DNA of 32,000 nt from Candidatus Heimdallarchaeota archaeon (GCA_030149205.1 JASBSB010000004.1:60001-92000), one strand, 5' to 3'. Shown: positions 1-9,669, numbered from the stretch's first letter. The notes: a model not told the origin generated them from the letters alone. Translations and numbers: made by a program.

Positions 1-1
1 T

Positions 2-376
2 AATAACCTCGCAATTACAAACGGTGGATTTTTGGGGTTCTACCAATTAAATCTAATGAAACCTCTATTAGTCTCAAATATGATAGAATCTATAAATATT
101 CTGACAAATGGGATGGATTCATTCAGAGTACATATGGTCGATGGAATTGAACCTAATACCAAACGTCTTGAGTCGTTTGTAGAACAGTCTCTTATGCTTG
201 CAACTGCTTTGAGTCCATACATTGGTTATGATAAAGCAGCAAGCTTGGCAAAGAAGGCATTTAAAGAAAACAAGACAATTAGGGAAGTGGCATTAGAGGA
301 ACAAATTATGTCAAGTGAAGAGTTAAACAAGGCACTTGATCTTACTCACATGGTCTTTCCTGAGAAACCACATTAA
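2..376 (+). CDS. fumC: Class II fumarate hydratase (fumarase/aspartase superfamily), 3' end only; 5' part lies outside the window
   Basis: Frame is open from base 2 (NNLAITNGGFLGFYQLNLMKP). C-terminal motifs LMLATALSPYIGYDKAASLAKKAFKENKTIREVA are typical of FumC/AspA. AspA cannot be fully excluded. Confidence 0.8.
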   Translation, partial: NNLAITNGGFLGFYQLNLMKPLLVSNMIESINILTNGMDSFRVHMVDGIEPNTKRLESFVEQSLMLATALSPYIGYDKAASLAKKAFKENKTIREVALEEQIMSSEELNKALDLTHMVFPEKPH

Positions 377-768
377 TTAAGAAAACCCTCATCCAAATTT
401 TCAATTTCAGTTTTTGCTTGATTATACCATACTTCAAGAAGTTTATTCATCTCATTTTTTAGGTCATCAAATGATATAGTGGAGTAGAGAAAAGAATGAT
501 TTCCAGCTTTTCCTGTCTTAACTCGCTCTCTTTTCATGAGGTTCAGCTCAATCAAATGATTCAATGCCCTATTAATTCGGGTTCTTTCACCATTTTGCAA
601 CTCATCGAGTAAATCTTTAATGGTTGCTGATTGCTTGCCATGAATCAGATGACAAAAAATTTGAAATTCTAAATGATTAAGACCATAAAATGCTTGAACC
701 AAATCCTGACAACTCTGGTTTCCTCGAATTAATTCAGAAATTTTCAAAAGATGATTTCGTTCAACCAT
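373..768 (-). CDS. Winged-HTH transcriptional regulator, TrmB/COG3355-like
   Basis: FYGLNHLEFQIF...ATIKDLLDEL..ERTRINRALNHLIELNLMKRE...FLYS wHTH pattern followed by an amphipathic helix. Start placed at ATG 768 (MVERNH) because a TATA box lies 20-27 nt upstream; the ORF track start at 816 is likely too long. Confidence 0.8.
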   Translation of the reverse strand: MVERNHLLKISELIRGNQSCQDLVQAFYGLNHLEFQIFCHLIHGKQSATIKDLLDELQNGERTRINRALNHLIELNLMKRERVKTGKAGNHSFLYSTISFDDLKNEMNKLLEVWYNQAKTEIENLDEGFLN

Positions 769-787
769 ATGATAATTTGGGTTATCC

Positions 788-795
788 TTTATATA
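788..795 (-). promoter_or_regulatory. Archaeal TATA box for the wHTH regulator
   Basis: Minus-strand TATATAAA 20-27 nt upstream of ATG 768. Confidence 0.55.
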
Positions 796-832
796 TAGAT
801 AGAGATTGCCACACAACCATTCAGAGACACCT

Positions 833-850
833 AAAATTTAATTAAATTTT
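833..850. promoter_or_regulatory. Perfect 18-bp palindrome in a divergent intergenic region, candidate operator
   Basis: AAAATTTAATTAAATTTT is its own reverse complement. It is A/T-only, so chance occurrence is possible. Confidence 0.35.
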
Positions 851-918
851 CAGTAGAATCTTCATACTTTTTTAGTATCATTTCATTATCCTTAATTTGA
901 AACTGAAAATATTATTTT

Positions 919-1536
919 GTGACTATTATTGAACTTATTATTGTAATTTCGCTTTGGTGAACTTTTGGTGCCTTTCACTCAATTCTAAGCACAGGTTTTA
1001 TTAAAAATAGGTTTAAATCCTCCGGTATACAATGGTATCGAGTTTTCTACAATTTTGTAGTTTCAGCTCAATTCATATTTATTGTATATTTTTATCCCCC
1101 AGAAATCAGTATACATCTGCTACCCCTTTCATTTGTAAAGGGTTTTGGATTGTTGGTATTACTTATTGGAGGAGGAATTGCACTCCTTGGTTTAAGTCAT
1201 TGGGATCTATTGAATTTTGCAGGATTAATTGAAGACTCTAAATCTGCAATCTCAACCAGTTTTGTCACCTCTGGGGTATATTCATTTACAAGACACCCCG
1301 TCTATCTGGGGAGTATGATTGCGTTGTTTGGATTATATATCTTCGCACCCTATGATCGAAATCTAGGGTATCTAATAGGAATCTCAAGCTATTTTATTGT
1401 GGGGTCTATTTTTGAGGAATGGAAATTGAAAAGTGTCTTTTCTGAATATACGTCTTACAAACTTAATGTTGGTAGATTCTTTCCATCAAATATTAGACAA
1501 CTCAAATATTTTATTAAACAATTTAAGAATTTGTGA
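919..1536 (+). pseudogene. Isoprenylcysteine carboxyl methyltransferase / methanethiol S-methyltransferase (ICMT/PEMT/MddA-like) gene interrupted by an in-frame TGA at 958-960
   Basis: GTG919 MTIIELIIVISLW*TFGAFHSILS...WYRVFYN... stays in frame into the track ORF 1150-1536, which carries TSGVYSFTRHPVYLG and EEWKL SAM-binding motifs. The FHS and YRxFYN motifs lie upstream of the ORF-track start. Confidence 0.65.
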
Positions 1537-2170
1537 TTTCTTGATTTCTTCTTCTGCTATAATAGATGAATATCCCAGACAGAGCAAAGAACAGTATGAA
1601 AATGTAACTTACCACAACAGATACTTCGGCAATTCCAAGCTTTGGTATGTTCAAAAACCCGTAGATAAACCCTAGCCTATAATTTCCATAACCGTTCATC
1701 AGAGCATAGGCAAGATAAGCCAGGGGATAAATAACCCAATACAACACATGTTTCCACCTGTAACGAACATTATTGGTCATAAGAAAGTCAAGGATAAATA
1801 AGACTGGGACAAAGAAATGTTGGGAGAAATTTCCAAAAGTCCAAAAATAGGTGTCTGTTGGTGCAATTAGTATTGAGTAGGCTATAAAGGTTATAGAGAT
1901 ATAGACAGTTAATGCTCCCTTTATAGGTCCATTTAAGAATTCTTGTTTTTTGGGGTTCGTCCTCCATAAGAGATACAACCCTAGCCAAATTATTACAAAA
2001 TAGTTTGATTGAATTGTCAAAAATTTATTCCTGTCGAGACAACCTAGATTCAAACTATTAATGCAACTCTCAAACTGTAAATATAATTGTGTCCCCAAGC
2101 CTAGCAAAAAGAGAAATAATCGATATGTTGTAACGAATCTTTCGGATGGCACTATATTACTTGTTTTCAA
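1523..2170 (-). CDS. Pr6Pr-family integral membrane protein
   Basis: About 6 TM helices; GALTVYISITFIAYSILIAP, HFFVPVLFILDF and YPLAYLAY...YGFLN motifs. Confidence 0.7.
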   Translation of the reverse strand: MKTSNIVPSERFVTTYRLFLFLLGLGTQLYLQFESCINSLNLGCLDRNKFLTIQSNYFVIIWLGLYLLWRTNPKKQEFLNGPIKGALTVYISITFIAYSILIAPTDTYFWTFGNFSQHFFVPVLFILDFLMTNNVRYRWKHVLYWVIYPLAYLAYALMNGYGNYRLGFIYGFLNIPKLGIAEVSVVVSYIFILFFALSGIFIYYSRRRNQEITNS

Positions 2171-2282
2171 GTATCCATAAGTGTTTTTCTTTTCCTAATA
2201 AAAATTCACATAAAATTTAACATATAATAAAATCATTATAATTAATCAAGAATACCAATATCTAAGTGAAAGTTAGGTATCT

Positions 2283-3560
2283 TTGGTAAACTCTATATCA
2301 TATTTCTTAGACATAAAATTGAGGACTGTTATAACGAAAGAGCAAGAAGATGGTCTAAGTTTCAGGGTTGTCCAGATAAATGGACCTGATAAGGGGGGTA
2401 TTTTTGTAGAATTTTGTAAATATTTTGCTGATAACAACATCAACATTCTCGATATCTCACAAAATGTATTACGAGGGTATCTTTCAATCACATTTTTGTT
2501 AGACATCAAAGATTCAGCAATAAATGAAGACAGGATAGCATTGGGATTAAAGCAGATAGGCAGAAAAAAGGATTGTATTGTAAAGGTGAATGATTATCGT
2601 GTCGGACAAAGAGCCCGAGTGAGAGATCTGTATGTTTTAACTATCATCGGAGAGGATAAAATTGGACTTCTCTATAATGTTTCCTCAATTTTACATAAAC
2701 ATAGAGTCAATATTGAGACAATTCAGGTTAAGGTTAATCAGAAATTAATTTACAACCAGTTTGTAACTGATTGTGGAGAAGTGCAATCAATTTCCTTGTT
2801 AAGAAACGAATTAAGACATTTATGTGAAACACTGAATCTTTCAATGACCCTGCAGAAAGAGCAGACTTTCAGGAAAAATAAAAGATTAATTATTTTTGAC
2901 ATGGATTCAACTTTGATTGACGGCGAAACAATTGTTGAAATTGCGAAGCTCTTAGGAAAAGAAGATGAAATGGCAAAAACCACCGAAATTGCGATGTCAG
3001 GGAACTCAAATTTTTCTGAATCACTTAAATATAGAGCTAAACTAATTGCAGGAGTTCCTGAATCTGATTTAAAAAAACTTGCTGACAACATTGAGATCAT
3101 GCAAGGTGTTGAGGAACTAATCAGTGAACTGAAGGATATGGGATGGAAAATTGGAGTTGTTTCATCTGGTTTCTCTTACTTCACAGATTCTGTTAAGGAC
3201 AAACTCGGTCTGGATTATTCCTTTGGAAACACTCTTGAGATAAAGAACGGGGTTGCCACAGGAAAGGTTGTTGGGGAAATAATTGATTCTGAAGGGAAGT
3301 GGGAGATAGTTAAGGAGCTGGCAGAGCAATTAGGGTTAAAAACTGACCAAATAGTCACGATAGGAGATGGAAGTAATGATATTTCAATGATAAAGAATTC
3401 TGGGTTAGGGTTCGGATTTAACAGTAAAGAAATATTGTCTGAGGTTGCTGATGGAAAAATTGAAAAAAATCATCTATTAACACTTTTACTGATGATTGGT
3501 CTTTCTGAGACAGAGATAGATAAACTTTTTTTCGCCGACAAAATGACATCAGATGTCTGA
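2283..3560 (+). CDS. serB: Phosphoserine phosphatase SerB with two N-terminal ACT domains
   Basis: HAD motifs DMDSTL, SSGF, K, GDGSND; ACT motifs GPDKGGI and GEDKIGL. Start could instead be the in-frame TTG at 2319. Confidence 0.92.
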   Translation: MVNSISYFLDIKLRTVITKEQEDGLSFRVVQINGPDKGGIFVEFCKYFADNNINILDISQNVLRGYLSITFLLDIKDSAINEDRIALGLKQIGRKKDCIVKVNDYRVGQRARVRDLYVLTIIGEDKIGLLYNVSSILHKHRVNIETIQVKVNQKLIYNQFVTDCGEVQSISLLRNELRHLCETLNLSMTLQKEQTFRKNKRLIIFDMDSTLIDGETIVEIAKLLGKEDEMAKTTEIAMSGNSNFSESLKYRAKLIAGVPESDLKKLADNIEIMQGVEELISELKDMGWKIGVVSSGFSYFTDSVKDKLGLDYSFGNTLEIKNGVATGKVVGEIIDSEGKWEIVKELAEQLGLKTDQIVTIGDGSNDISMIKNSGLGFGFNSKEILSEVADGKIEKNHLLTLLLMIGLSETEIDKLFFADKMTSDV

Positions 3561-3637
3561 ATATTAAAAGCAAATTAACGCTGAGAAGTGACCTAGAACT
3601 GTTTAGTTAAGTTCTCAAAATTTTTCATGAGTTTGAT

Positions 3638-4981
3638 ATGGATGAGGCAAATGATACTGTAAACGTCTCAAGTATCTATACAGGTACTCCTCGTGATATT
3701 CCAGTCTATCCCAAGAAACATCGATTTAAATTTCACACTGCAACACTCGTTCAATCATTGATGTCCAGTGGGGATAACCTGGGTGGTTCATTCATATTTC
3801 TTTATGCGATATCAAGAGGATCAGTAGGTGTCTTACAGGGGTTAATTACTGCTATTAGAGAATTGGGGTCTGCTTTGTTTCAACCAATTTGGGGGAATCT
3901 TTCAGATAAATTTGGAAGAAGACCGTTTTTAGTATTAGGATTCCTTGTTCAAGCTTTATTTTGGGGGGTGTTTATTCCTTTATCTGTAACACCTCTACAA
4001 ATCTTGTTGGTTCTTTTGTTTCAAACCCTGTTAGGAACTATGGTGATACCATCATTTAATGGATGGTTAGGTGACTTTACCGAGAGAACAACCAGAGGTA
4101 GAATCATTGGTAAAGTTGGCATGATTTCTTCATGGATGGCTCTATTTGCTCTATTGCTTGTCTCAATAATAATGCAAATCCAAGATCCAAACAGGTTGTA
4201 TGTTAGTACATATTCGCTTGCCTTTATTGTGGGTGCTGGATTCTATGTTCTTGCAGCTATTGTCTCATTGTTTTTACCAGAGAGAGAGCGAAAGAGCCCT
4301 CAATCAGTATTTACAGATTCATTGATGTCATCGAGTGGACAGTCTATTCAATCAAAATATTTTATCAGGTTTAAAATCAAATTCGATAGTTATATAGCTG
4401 GATTCAACCCTGAATTCAAGAGATTAGTGATAGTAGAAGGAATATTCAAACTAGGATGGGCGATAGCCTGGCCTCTATTTCCATATGCAACCTTAGACGC
4501 AACTAATGGCTGGATAGAGATTGCTGTGCTTCAAATTACTATTGGAATATCATTAGGTATCTCTCAGATGATAGGTGGAACCATATCAGATAAGATTGGG
4601 AGAAAGCGGGTTATAATTTGGTCTCGTCTATCACTCATTTTTCCCCCGCTACTCGCTGGATTAGCCATGCAATATCAAAATATTTGGTTTTTAATCTTCT
4701 CCAATTTGCTGGTTGGGTTAACTCTAGGAGCTGGAACTATCGGACTGAACGCCATGATTTTAGATATAGCCCCTGAGGGAAGAGAAGGGAAATACTTTAG
4801 CAATTTTTTGATGTTGCAGGGATTGATCTCATTCTCAGCTTCTTTTATTATGGGGTTAATATTAAACCTGTTTGACAGTACTGCCCCTAACTTTTATGGG
4901 ATAATCGCTTGGTTGCTGATATCAGTGTCATTTCTGAGGTTCTTGCTCTGGTTTGTGTACTTCTTCCTCCCAGACCTTTAG
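3638..4981 (+). CDS. Major facilitator superfamily transporter
   Basis: About 12 TMs; motif A GNLSDKFGRR and its C-half repeat GTISDKIGRK. Confidence 0.92.
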   Translation: MDEANDTVNVSSIYTGTPRDIPVYPKKHRFKFHTATLVQSLMSSGDNLGGSFIFLYAISRGSVGVLQGLITAIRELGSALFQPIWGNLSDKFGRRPFLVLGFLVQALFWGVFIPLSVTPLQILLVLLFQTLLGTMVIPSFNGWLGDFTERTTRGRIIGKVGMISSWMALFALLLVSIIMQIQDPNRLYVSTYSLAFIVGAGFYVLAAIVSLFLPERERKSPQSVFTDSLMSSSGQSIQSKYFIRFKIKFDSYIAGFNPEFKRLVIVEGIFKLGWAIAWPLFPYATLDATNGWIEIAVLQITIGISLGISQMIGGTISDKIGRKRVIIWSRLSLIFPPLLAGLAMQYQNIWFLIFSNLLVGLTLGAGTIGLNAMILDIAPEGREGKYFSNFLMLQGLISFSASFIMGLILNLFDSTAPNFYGIIAWLLISVSFLRFLLWFVYFFLPDL

Positions 4982-5039
4982 CTGAATAAGACCCTGGTAT
5001 GAAGTTAATGCACTTGTTATCCTGATTAACTATGTTTGT
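4661..5039 (+). repeat. Copy 1 of a ~375-bp direct repeat (MFS 3' end plus downstream spacer)
   Basis: Aligns with 6701-7074; 11 mismatches in the first 110 nt by manual count. Confidence 0.9.
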
Positions 5040-5369
5040 GTACCAAAAGATTTGAAATTTTGATGTGTTTCTTCCTTACCGATTCTTTAAATTAAGGGTT
5101 ATCAGGACTTACCCTAATTGTGTCAGTTAGATTTTTGTATTTTCTGAGGAAATTTTCGTTTTAAAATCGAACCATAAGGACATTTTTACTAAGAACATGG
5201 CTAAGAAATTTCTCATAAATAATCCTGAGCTAGATATATTCTTGATATGTTTAGAAATATCCTTACAGCACATTCTCTTCTATACATTTGGATGTTTTTT
5301 CTACTGGATAATCACTCAACAACTAAGGTGAATTTTTTTGCTAATTCCAAATATTTTTAATTATACTAA

Positions 5370-6578
5370 ATGATATTTTTGATTGTGGATACTTTTATAA
5401 TTAAAAAAAATAAGATTTATGTTCCGGTTACAATCCTGGTTTCAGGGTTATTTATAATCTTATTCACAATTATTTATGGCGGAGGAGTTGGAATGGGGGA
5501 CTCTGACATTTATATTTCACTTTCCTTTGGACTTGCAATATTCTTCATCCTTCTTCTTTGCTCTCCATTCATCCTTCGAGACGAGGGGTATTTCACAAAG
5601 CCATTTTTGTTTCTCTATCCTACTTTACTGATTGTTCTTGGATTATTTAGTTTTATCTTTCGCTCTCCACTATTATTCGATGCTCTTTATCAAACTCTAT
5701 TTGCGTCAATCTTTGTTATATATTATGTTGCTTATTACCCGCTTAAAGTTGAAATAAATAAATATCAAAAAAATGGCAAGATAGAGTTGATTGTGACTCA
5801 CTATTTTTTTCTCAACAGAAGGTTCAAGGTGAGTTATCTGCTTAATATAAGAACACCGCTGTATATATCATCACATAACAAAATAGTCGCACCCTTTATT
5901 TATCCTAGTCCAACCCATAAATTCCATAAGATTTTTGCTGTTGAATCTGGTGTGAGACAGAATCTCTATCTTCTTCCCGAATGGTTTCGAGGTATGAATT
6001 TGGTTTCATTTGAAAAAGAGTTTCTCCCTGAGCTTGATATTCAAATTGAGACACCAAAGGTCTTTAACAGACCAAACAAGTTAATTCGGTCAATCCGTAT
6101 TCTCCCCACAGGGGAGCTTGAAAACGTCCAACCAGAAAAGGTATTTTTTATAAATCAATTTCGAGACAGAATTCTCTTCAAATCCTTCTTAGCTGTTTTG
6201 ATTCTTCAGGTATTAGGACTATTGGCTGGAGCAATTTTGGTTGTGATTATAATTACTTTGTTCCTTTCGTCACAAACTTATTTTATGTATCTTATGTCTT
6301 GGGTAATTGCACTTATAGGAGGTATTACAATTTTGGGTTTTGAAATAGTTCTTTTAGGGATGTTTCTTTACCCATTAACAATACTGTTATTTGGTTCTCC
6401 ACAGGTAACCCTAACAGAAAACTTACTTTCTGTGAATTTCAGGTGGTACCGGTTCTCAATTGACAGGTTCACACTCCCAACAGCCTCTATCAGATTCGGA
6501 AACAAGGATGGAACCGTGTATCTTCTCTGGGAAGATAAAAACCCAACTTTTGGATATCCGATTGGGATCAAGAAATGA
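5370..6578 (+). CDS. Orphan polytopic membrane protein with two (TM helices + beta-rich soluble segment) modules
   Basis: 402-aa ORF; 4 TMs, a beta-rich region, 2 TMs, then a second beta-rich region. No family recognised. Confidence 0.65.
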   Translation: MIFLIVDTFIIKKNKIYVPVTILVSGLFIILFTIIYGGGVGMGDSDIYISLSFGLAIFFILLLCSPFILRDEGYFTKPFLFLYPTLLIVLGLFSFIFRSPLLFDALYQTLFASIFVIYYVAYYPLKVEINKYQKNGKIELIVTHYFFLNRRFKVSYLLNIRTPLYISSHNKIVAPFIYPSPTHKFHKIFAVESGVRQNLYLLPEWFRGMNLVSFEKEFLPELDIQIETPKVFNRPNKLIRSIRILPTGELENVQPEKVFFINQFRDRILFKSFLAVLILQVLGLLAGAILVVIIITLFLSSQTYFMYLMSWVIALIGGITILGFEIVLLGMFLYPLTILLFGSPQVTLTENLLSVNFRWYRFSIDRFTLPTASIRFGNKDGTVYLLWEDKNPTFGYPIGIKK

Positions 6579-6700
6579 TCCTTTTTTTAGGTGTATACCA
6601 CTCAAAATTATCAATGTTTAAATTCATTAAATATTCAAATATAACACTCATAAGGATCCTGATTACATTTGGTTAACAATGATAATTAATTTCTAATCAA

Positions 6701-7074
6701 TTAGCCATACAATATCAAAATATTTGGTTTTTAATCTACGCCAATTTGCTGCTTGGTTTAACTCTAGGAGCTGGAACTATCGGATTAAACTCAATGATTT
6801 TAAATATAACCCTGAGGGAAGAGAGAGAAAATACTTTAGCAATTTTTTGATGTTGTAAGGATTGATCCCATTCTCACCTTCTTTTGTCAAGGGGTTAATT
6901 TTAAACCCGTTTGACAGTACTGCCCCTAACTTTTATGGGTAATTTCTTGGTTGCTTTTAACAGTGTCATTTCTGAGGTTCTTGCTCTGGTTCGTATATTT
7001 CTACCTTCCAGATCTTTAACTGAACTAAGAACCTCATATAAAGTCACTGAACTTTTATTCATGTTATTTGTTTG
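6701..7074 (+). pseudogene. Decayed duplicate of the MFS gene 3' end (repeat copy 2)
   Basis: About 85-90% identical to 4661-5039. Two 1-nt deletions (near 6811 and 6940) and CAG->TAA at 6856-6858. Confidence 0.9.
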
Positions 7075-7078
7075 GAGA

Positions 7079-8092
7079 CTATATTTCGATTCCATTTGGT
7101 GCTAGGGCAGTAAATGTCTGAACAGCCATTTCAACTGTAGATCCAAAAGGAACTGTCACAAGTGGAGTTGTTGCACCAGCTTTCATAATCCTTACTAACT
7201 GTTCAATTGCATCGTTCTTTGAGCCCATTAGACAGGTTTGATTTAATATCTCATCTGTCACAGACAGAGCAGCACCTTGCCTATCACCATTTAACCATTT
7301 GAGTCTGATATCTTCAGCTTCCTCCTCATAACCGATTCGTTTAAGCATATTGTTGTAAAAAGTACCCATCCCACCAAAATAATAAGCAAGGTGACCTTGT
7401 AACAATAACTTGGTTTTTGGATCAGAGCCTATTCCTGCTAAAACAAAGGGTGTGATCTGAAAACTGTCCCTTGGTTTATTAAACTCGTCCAAATGTTTAT
7501 ACACTGTCTGAACTTCTTCCTTAAATGCGTTAAGTGGCATTATTACCGGAATCCAACCGTCTGCGATCTCAGTAGTAAGTTTTACATTTTTTGGACCTAA
7601 TGAGGCTATATGGATGGGTTGATTTTCTCTGACTGGGTTTACTGATAGCTTAAACCCTTTGACAAGGCCTAATGTGTCACTTTGATAATCCAATCTCTGA
7701 CCTGAAAGAAGCAATCTGAGCATAGTTACAAAATCGCGTGTGTGTTGTAAAGGTTTCGTAAATTTCCTTCCATGAAATCCTTCAATAACTTTAGGGCCAC
7801 TCAATCCTAATCCCACGGTGAATCTGCCACCTGATAGTTCATCTAAGGAAACTGCTGTCATTCCCACAACACCGGGAGTCCTACTGTACATATTCAAAAT
7901 GCCTGTACTTAATCTGGCAGATTTCGTTATATATGCTAGATTTGCGAGTAGGGAAATTGAATCATGTCCCCAAATCTCTGGGACGGAGATTTGTGAATAT
8001 CCAAGAGCTTCTATCTGTGGAGCATACTGAAGAAGAGCTTTAGCAGGGAGATAATCAGCACCCACTACAACTCCCACTGAAGGGTTTGTCAT
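7079..8092 (-). CDS. LLM-class (luciferase-like) oxidoreductase, probably F420-dependent
   Basis: VPEIWGHD, STGILNMYSRTPG, LDELSGGRFTVGLGLSGPKVIEGFHG, IASLGPKNVKLTTEIADGW motifs. Confidence 0.88.
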   Translation of the reverse strand: MTNPSVGVVVGADYLPAKALLQYAPQIEALGYSQISVPEIWGHDSISLLANLAYITKSARLSTGILNMYSRTPGVVGMTAVSLDELSGGRFTVGLGLSGPKVIEGFHGRKFTKPLQHTRDFVTMLRLLLSGQRLDYQSDTLGLVKGFKLSVNPVRENQPIHIASLGPKNVKLTTEIADGWIPVIMPLNAFKEEVQTVYKHLDEFNKPRDSFQITPFVLAGIGSDPKTKLLLQGHLAYYFGGMGTFYNNMLKRIGYEEEAEDIRLKWLNGDRQGAALSVTDEILNQTCLMGSKNDAIEQLVRIMKAGATTPLVTVPFGSTVEMAVQTFTALAPNGIEI

Positions 8093-8295
8093 AATTGTTA
8101 TATTTGAGGTATCTAAATAAACCTCATTAATTTGATTGGAATTTCTGCTGATTCAGCTAAGAAGAATACTTGAATAAGAATTGGTTGCTTGCAATTATAA
8201 TTTACATGAGATACTTATAATTTGAATAAGATACCTACTAGCAATAATCTTGAAATATTAGGAAATATTTGACTGTTATTGATTGAATTGCTAAT

Positions 8296-9669
8296 TTAAT
8301 GTTTACTCTTACTTACAAATCTTAGATTCTCTAATTTGTAAAACGGGATATTACCAGCATTCCCAAACTCATCTAGAAGTGCAGTCTGTGTATTTGAAAT
8401 TAAATCAACTGATTTAAAGAATTTAAGGAGAGAGTCAGTAAACCTCAGGTTTTTGACTGCATGTTTTATCTCTCCATCTTCTATCAAATAAAGTCCATCT
8501 CTAGTAAGACCTGTGATAACACCTTTTGGACCATTTACTATGTTTGTGTACCAAAATGTCTGAACATATAATCCTCGTTTTGTCTCAGATATCATCTCCT
8601 CTCTTGAGGAATCTCCAGTTTTCATTGAGATATTGCTCGGGCCACTTCCACCGAATGAGTAATCTGAATAGGGTAACCCCATTAACCCAGAGGCCAATGA
8701 TGGGTCACCTAAAAATTCTGATGCTGATAAAATTGAATAAAATACACTCTTAGGTACCCCATTCTCAAATATATTTTGATTTTTTGTTGGGACACCTTCA
8801 GCATCAAATGGTGTTGCCATTAATGACTCCGGGTTTAAGGGGCTATCATATAAGACAAAATTTGAACTTAACACCTGTTCTCCAAGTCTATCAGAAAACG
8901 GACTGTATTTTTGGTGATACGGAGAGGCAGATAACTGAAATAGCGTGTATGAAAGTAGCTCAGCCCCTGCTTGAGGTGCAAGAACCACAGGGTATTCACC
9001 TACATCTACAGATTTTGCTTCCAAGGTATCTTTACTAATTTGAACTGCAGATTGTGTCAATGTTTCGACGTCTGGTTTTGCAGTAGTTTTGTTAGCTGCT
9101 ACCTCTCTTCCAAACCCTCTTTTCTCCCCCTCTTCAATTATACTAAGAATTTTTAAGTCATTTAATCGAATGGAATGAGATCCCTCTAATCCATTTGATG
9201 TTAGAAGAGCATAGTCCAACTTTATTCTTTCGACTTTTCCAAAGAGCTTAGCTCGTGGATCTAAATCAGTCCCAATATTTACAATTTCACTTACTATTTC
9301 TGCTGCATTTTCTGCTGTGTAATTTTCCCCAATTGGTTTGAAATTCTGATATTTTTGTTCCTTTGCCAACCCCTTAAAAAATGGGATTTCGGGACTAACT
9401 TTGATTGTTTCAACCAAGTTTTGAACTACCTTAGATATATTGTTCTCAGAAATTGATGCTGAGACAGTCCCTAATTTCTTACCTTTGTACCCTCTAAGAT
9501 TTGTGAAAGTTGACCCAGATTCCACCTGTTGGTGTATGACATTGTTAGCATACCTTGTAAGTGCATCCTTTCTAAATGAGGTCAAAATCTCAAAGCCATC
9601 GAGGTTTGATTTTTCCAATTCTTTTGCCAATAATTCATTGATATGTGTTAATTCAGTCATCTTTATCAC
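8296..9669 (-). CDS. tldE: TldE/PmbA-family protein (non-catalytic partner)
   Basis: TRYANNVIHQ, PFDAEGVP, GLTRDG, NLRFTDS motifs; no HExxxH; ATGA overlap with tldD. Confidence 0.9.
   Translation of the reverse strand: MIKMTELTHINELLAKELEKSNLDGFEILTSFRKDALTRYANNVIHQQVESGSTFTNLRGYKGKKLGTVSASISENNISKVVQNLVETIKVSPEIPFFKGLAKEQKYQNFKPIGENYTAENAAEIVSEIVNIGTDLDPRAKLFGKVERIKLDYALLTSNGLEGSHSIRLNDLKILSIIEEGEKRGFGREVAANKTTAKPDVETLTQSAVQISKDTLEAKSVDVGEYPVVLAPQAGAELLSYTLFQLSASPYHQKYSPFSDRLGEQVLSSNFVLYDSPLNPESLMATPFDAEGVPTKNQNIFENGVPKSVFYSILSASEFLGDPSLASGLMGLPYSDYSFGGSGPSNISMKTGDSSREEMISETKRGLYVQTFWYTNIVNGPKGVITGLTRDGLYLIEDGEIKHAVKNLRFTDSLLKFFKSVDLISNTQTALLDEFGNAGNIPFYKLENLRFVSKSKH

Noticed and set aside
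1032-1232. 66-aa ORF upstream of the methyltransferase
   Set aside because: Alternative frame over the true methyltransferase N-terminus, whose conserved motifs are in the other frame.
3595-3615. AGAACT-N9-AGTTCT inverted repeat upstream of the MFS gene
   Set aside because: Only 6-bp arms and no adjacent regulator to support it.
5040-6700. Mobile element call for the block between the direct repeats
   Set aside because: No integrase, transposase, terminal inverted repeats or tRNA target; reported as a rearrangement instead.
6901-7105. Short ORFs 6911-7105 (+) and 6901-7095 (-)
   Set aside because: Off-frame and antisense readings of the decayed MFS duplicate.
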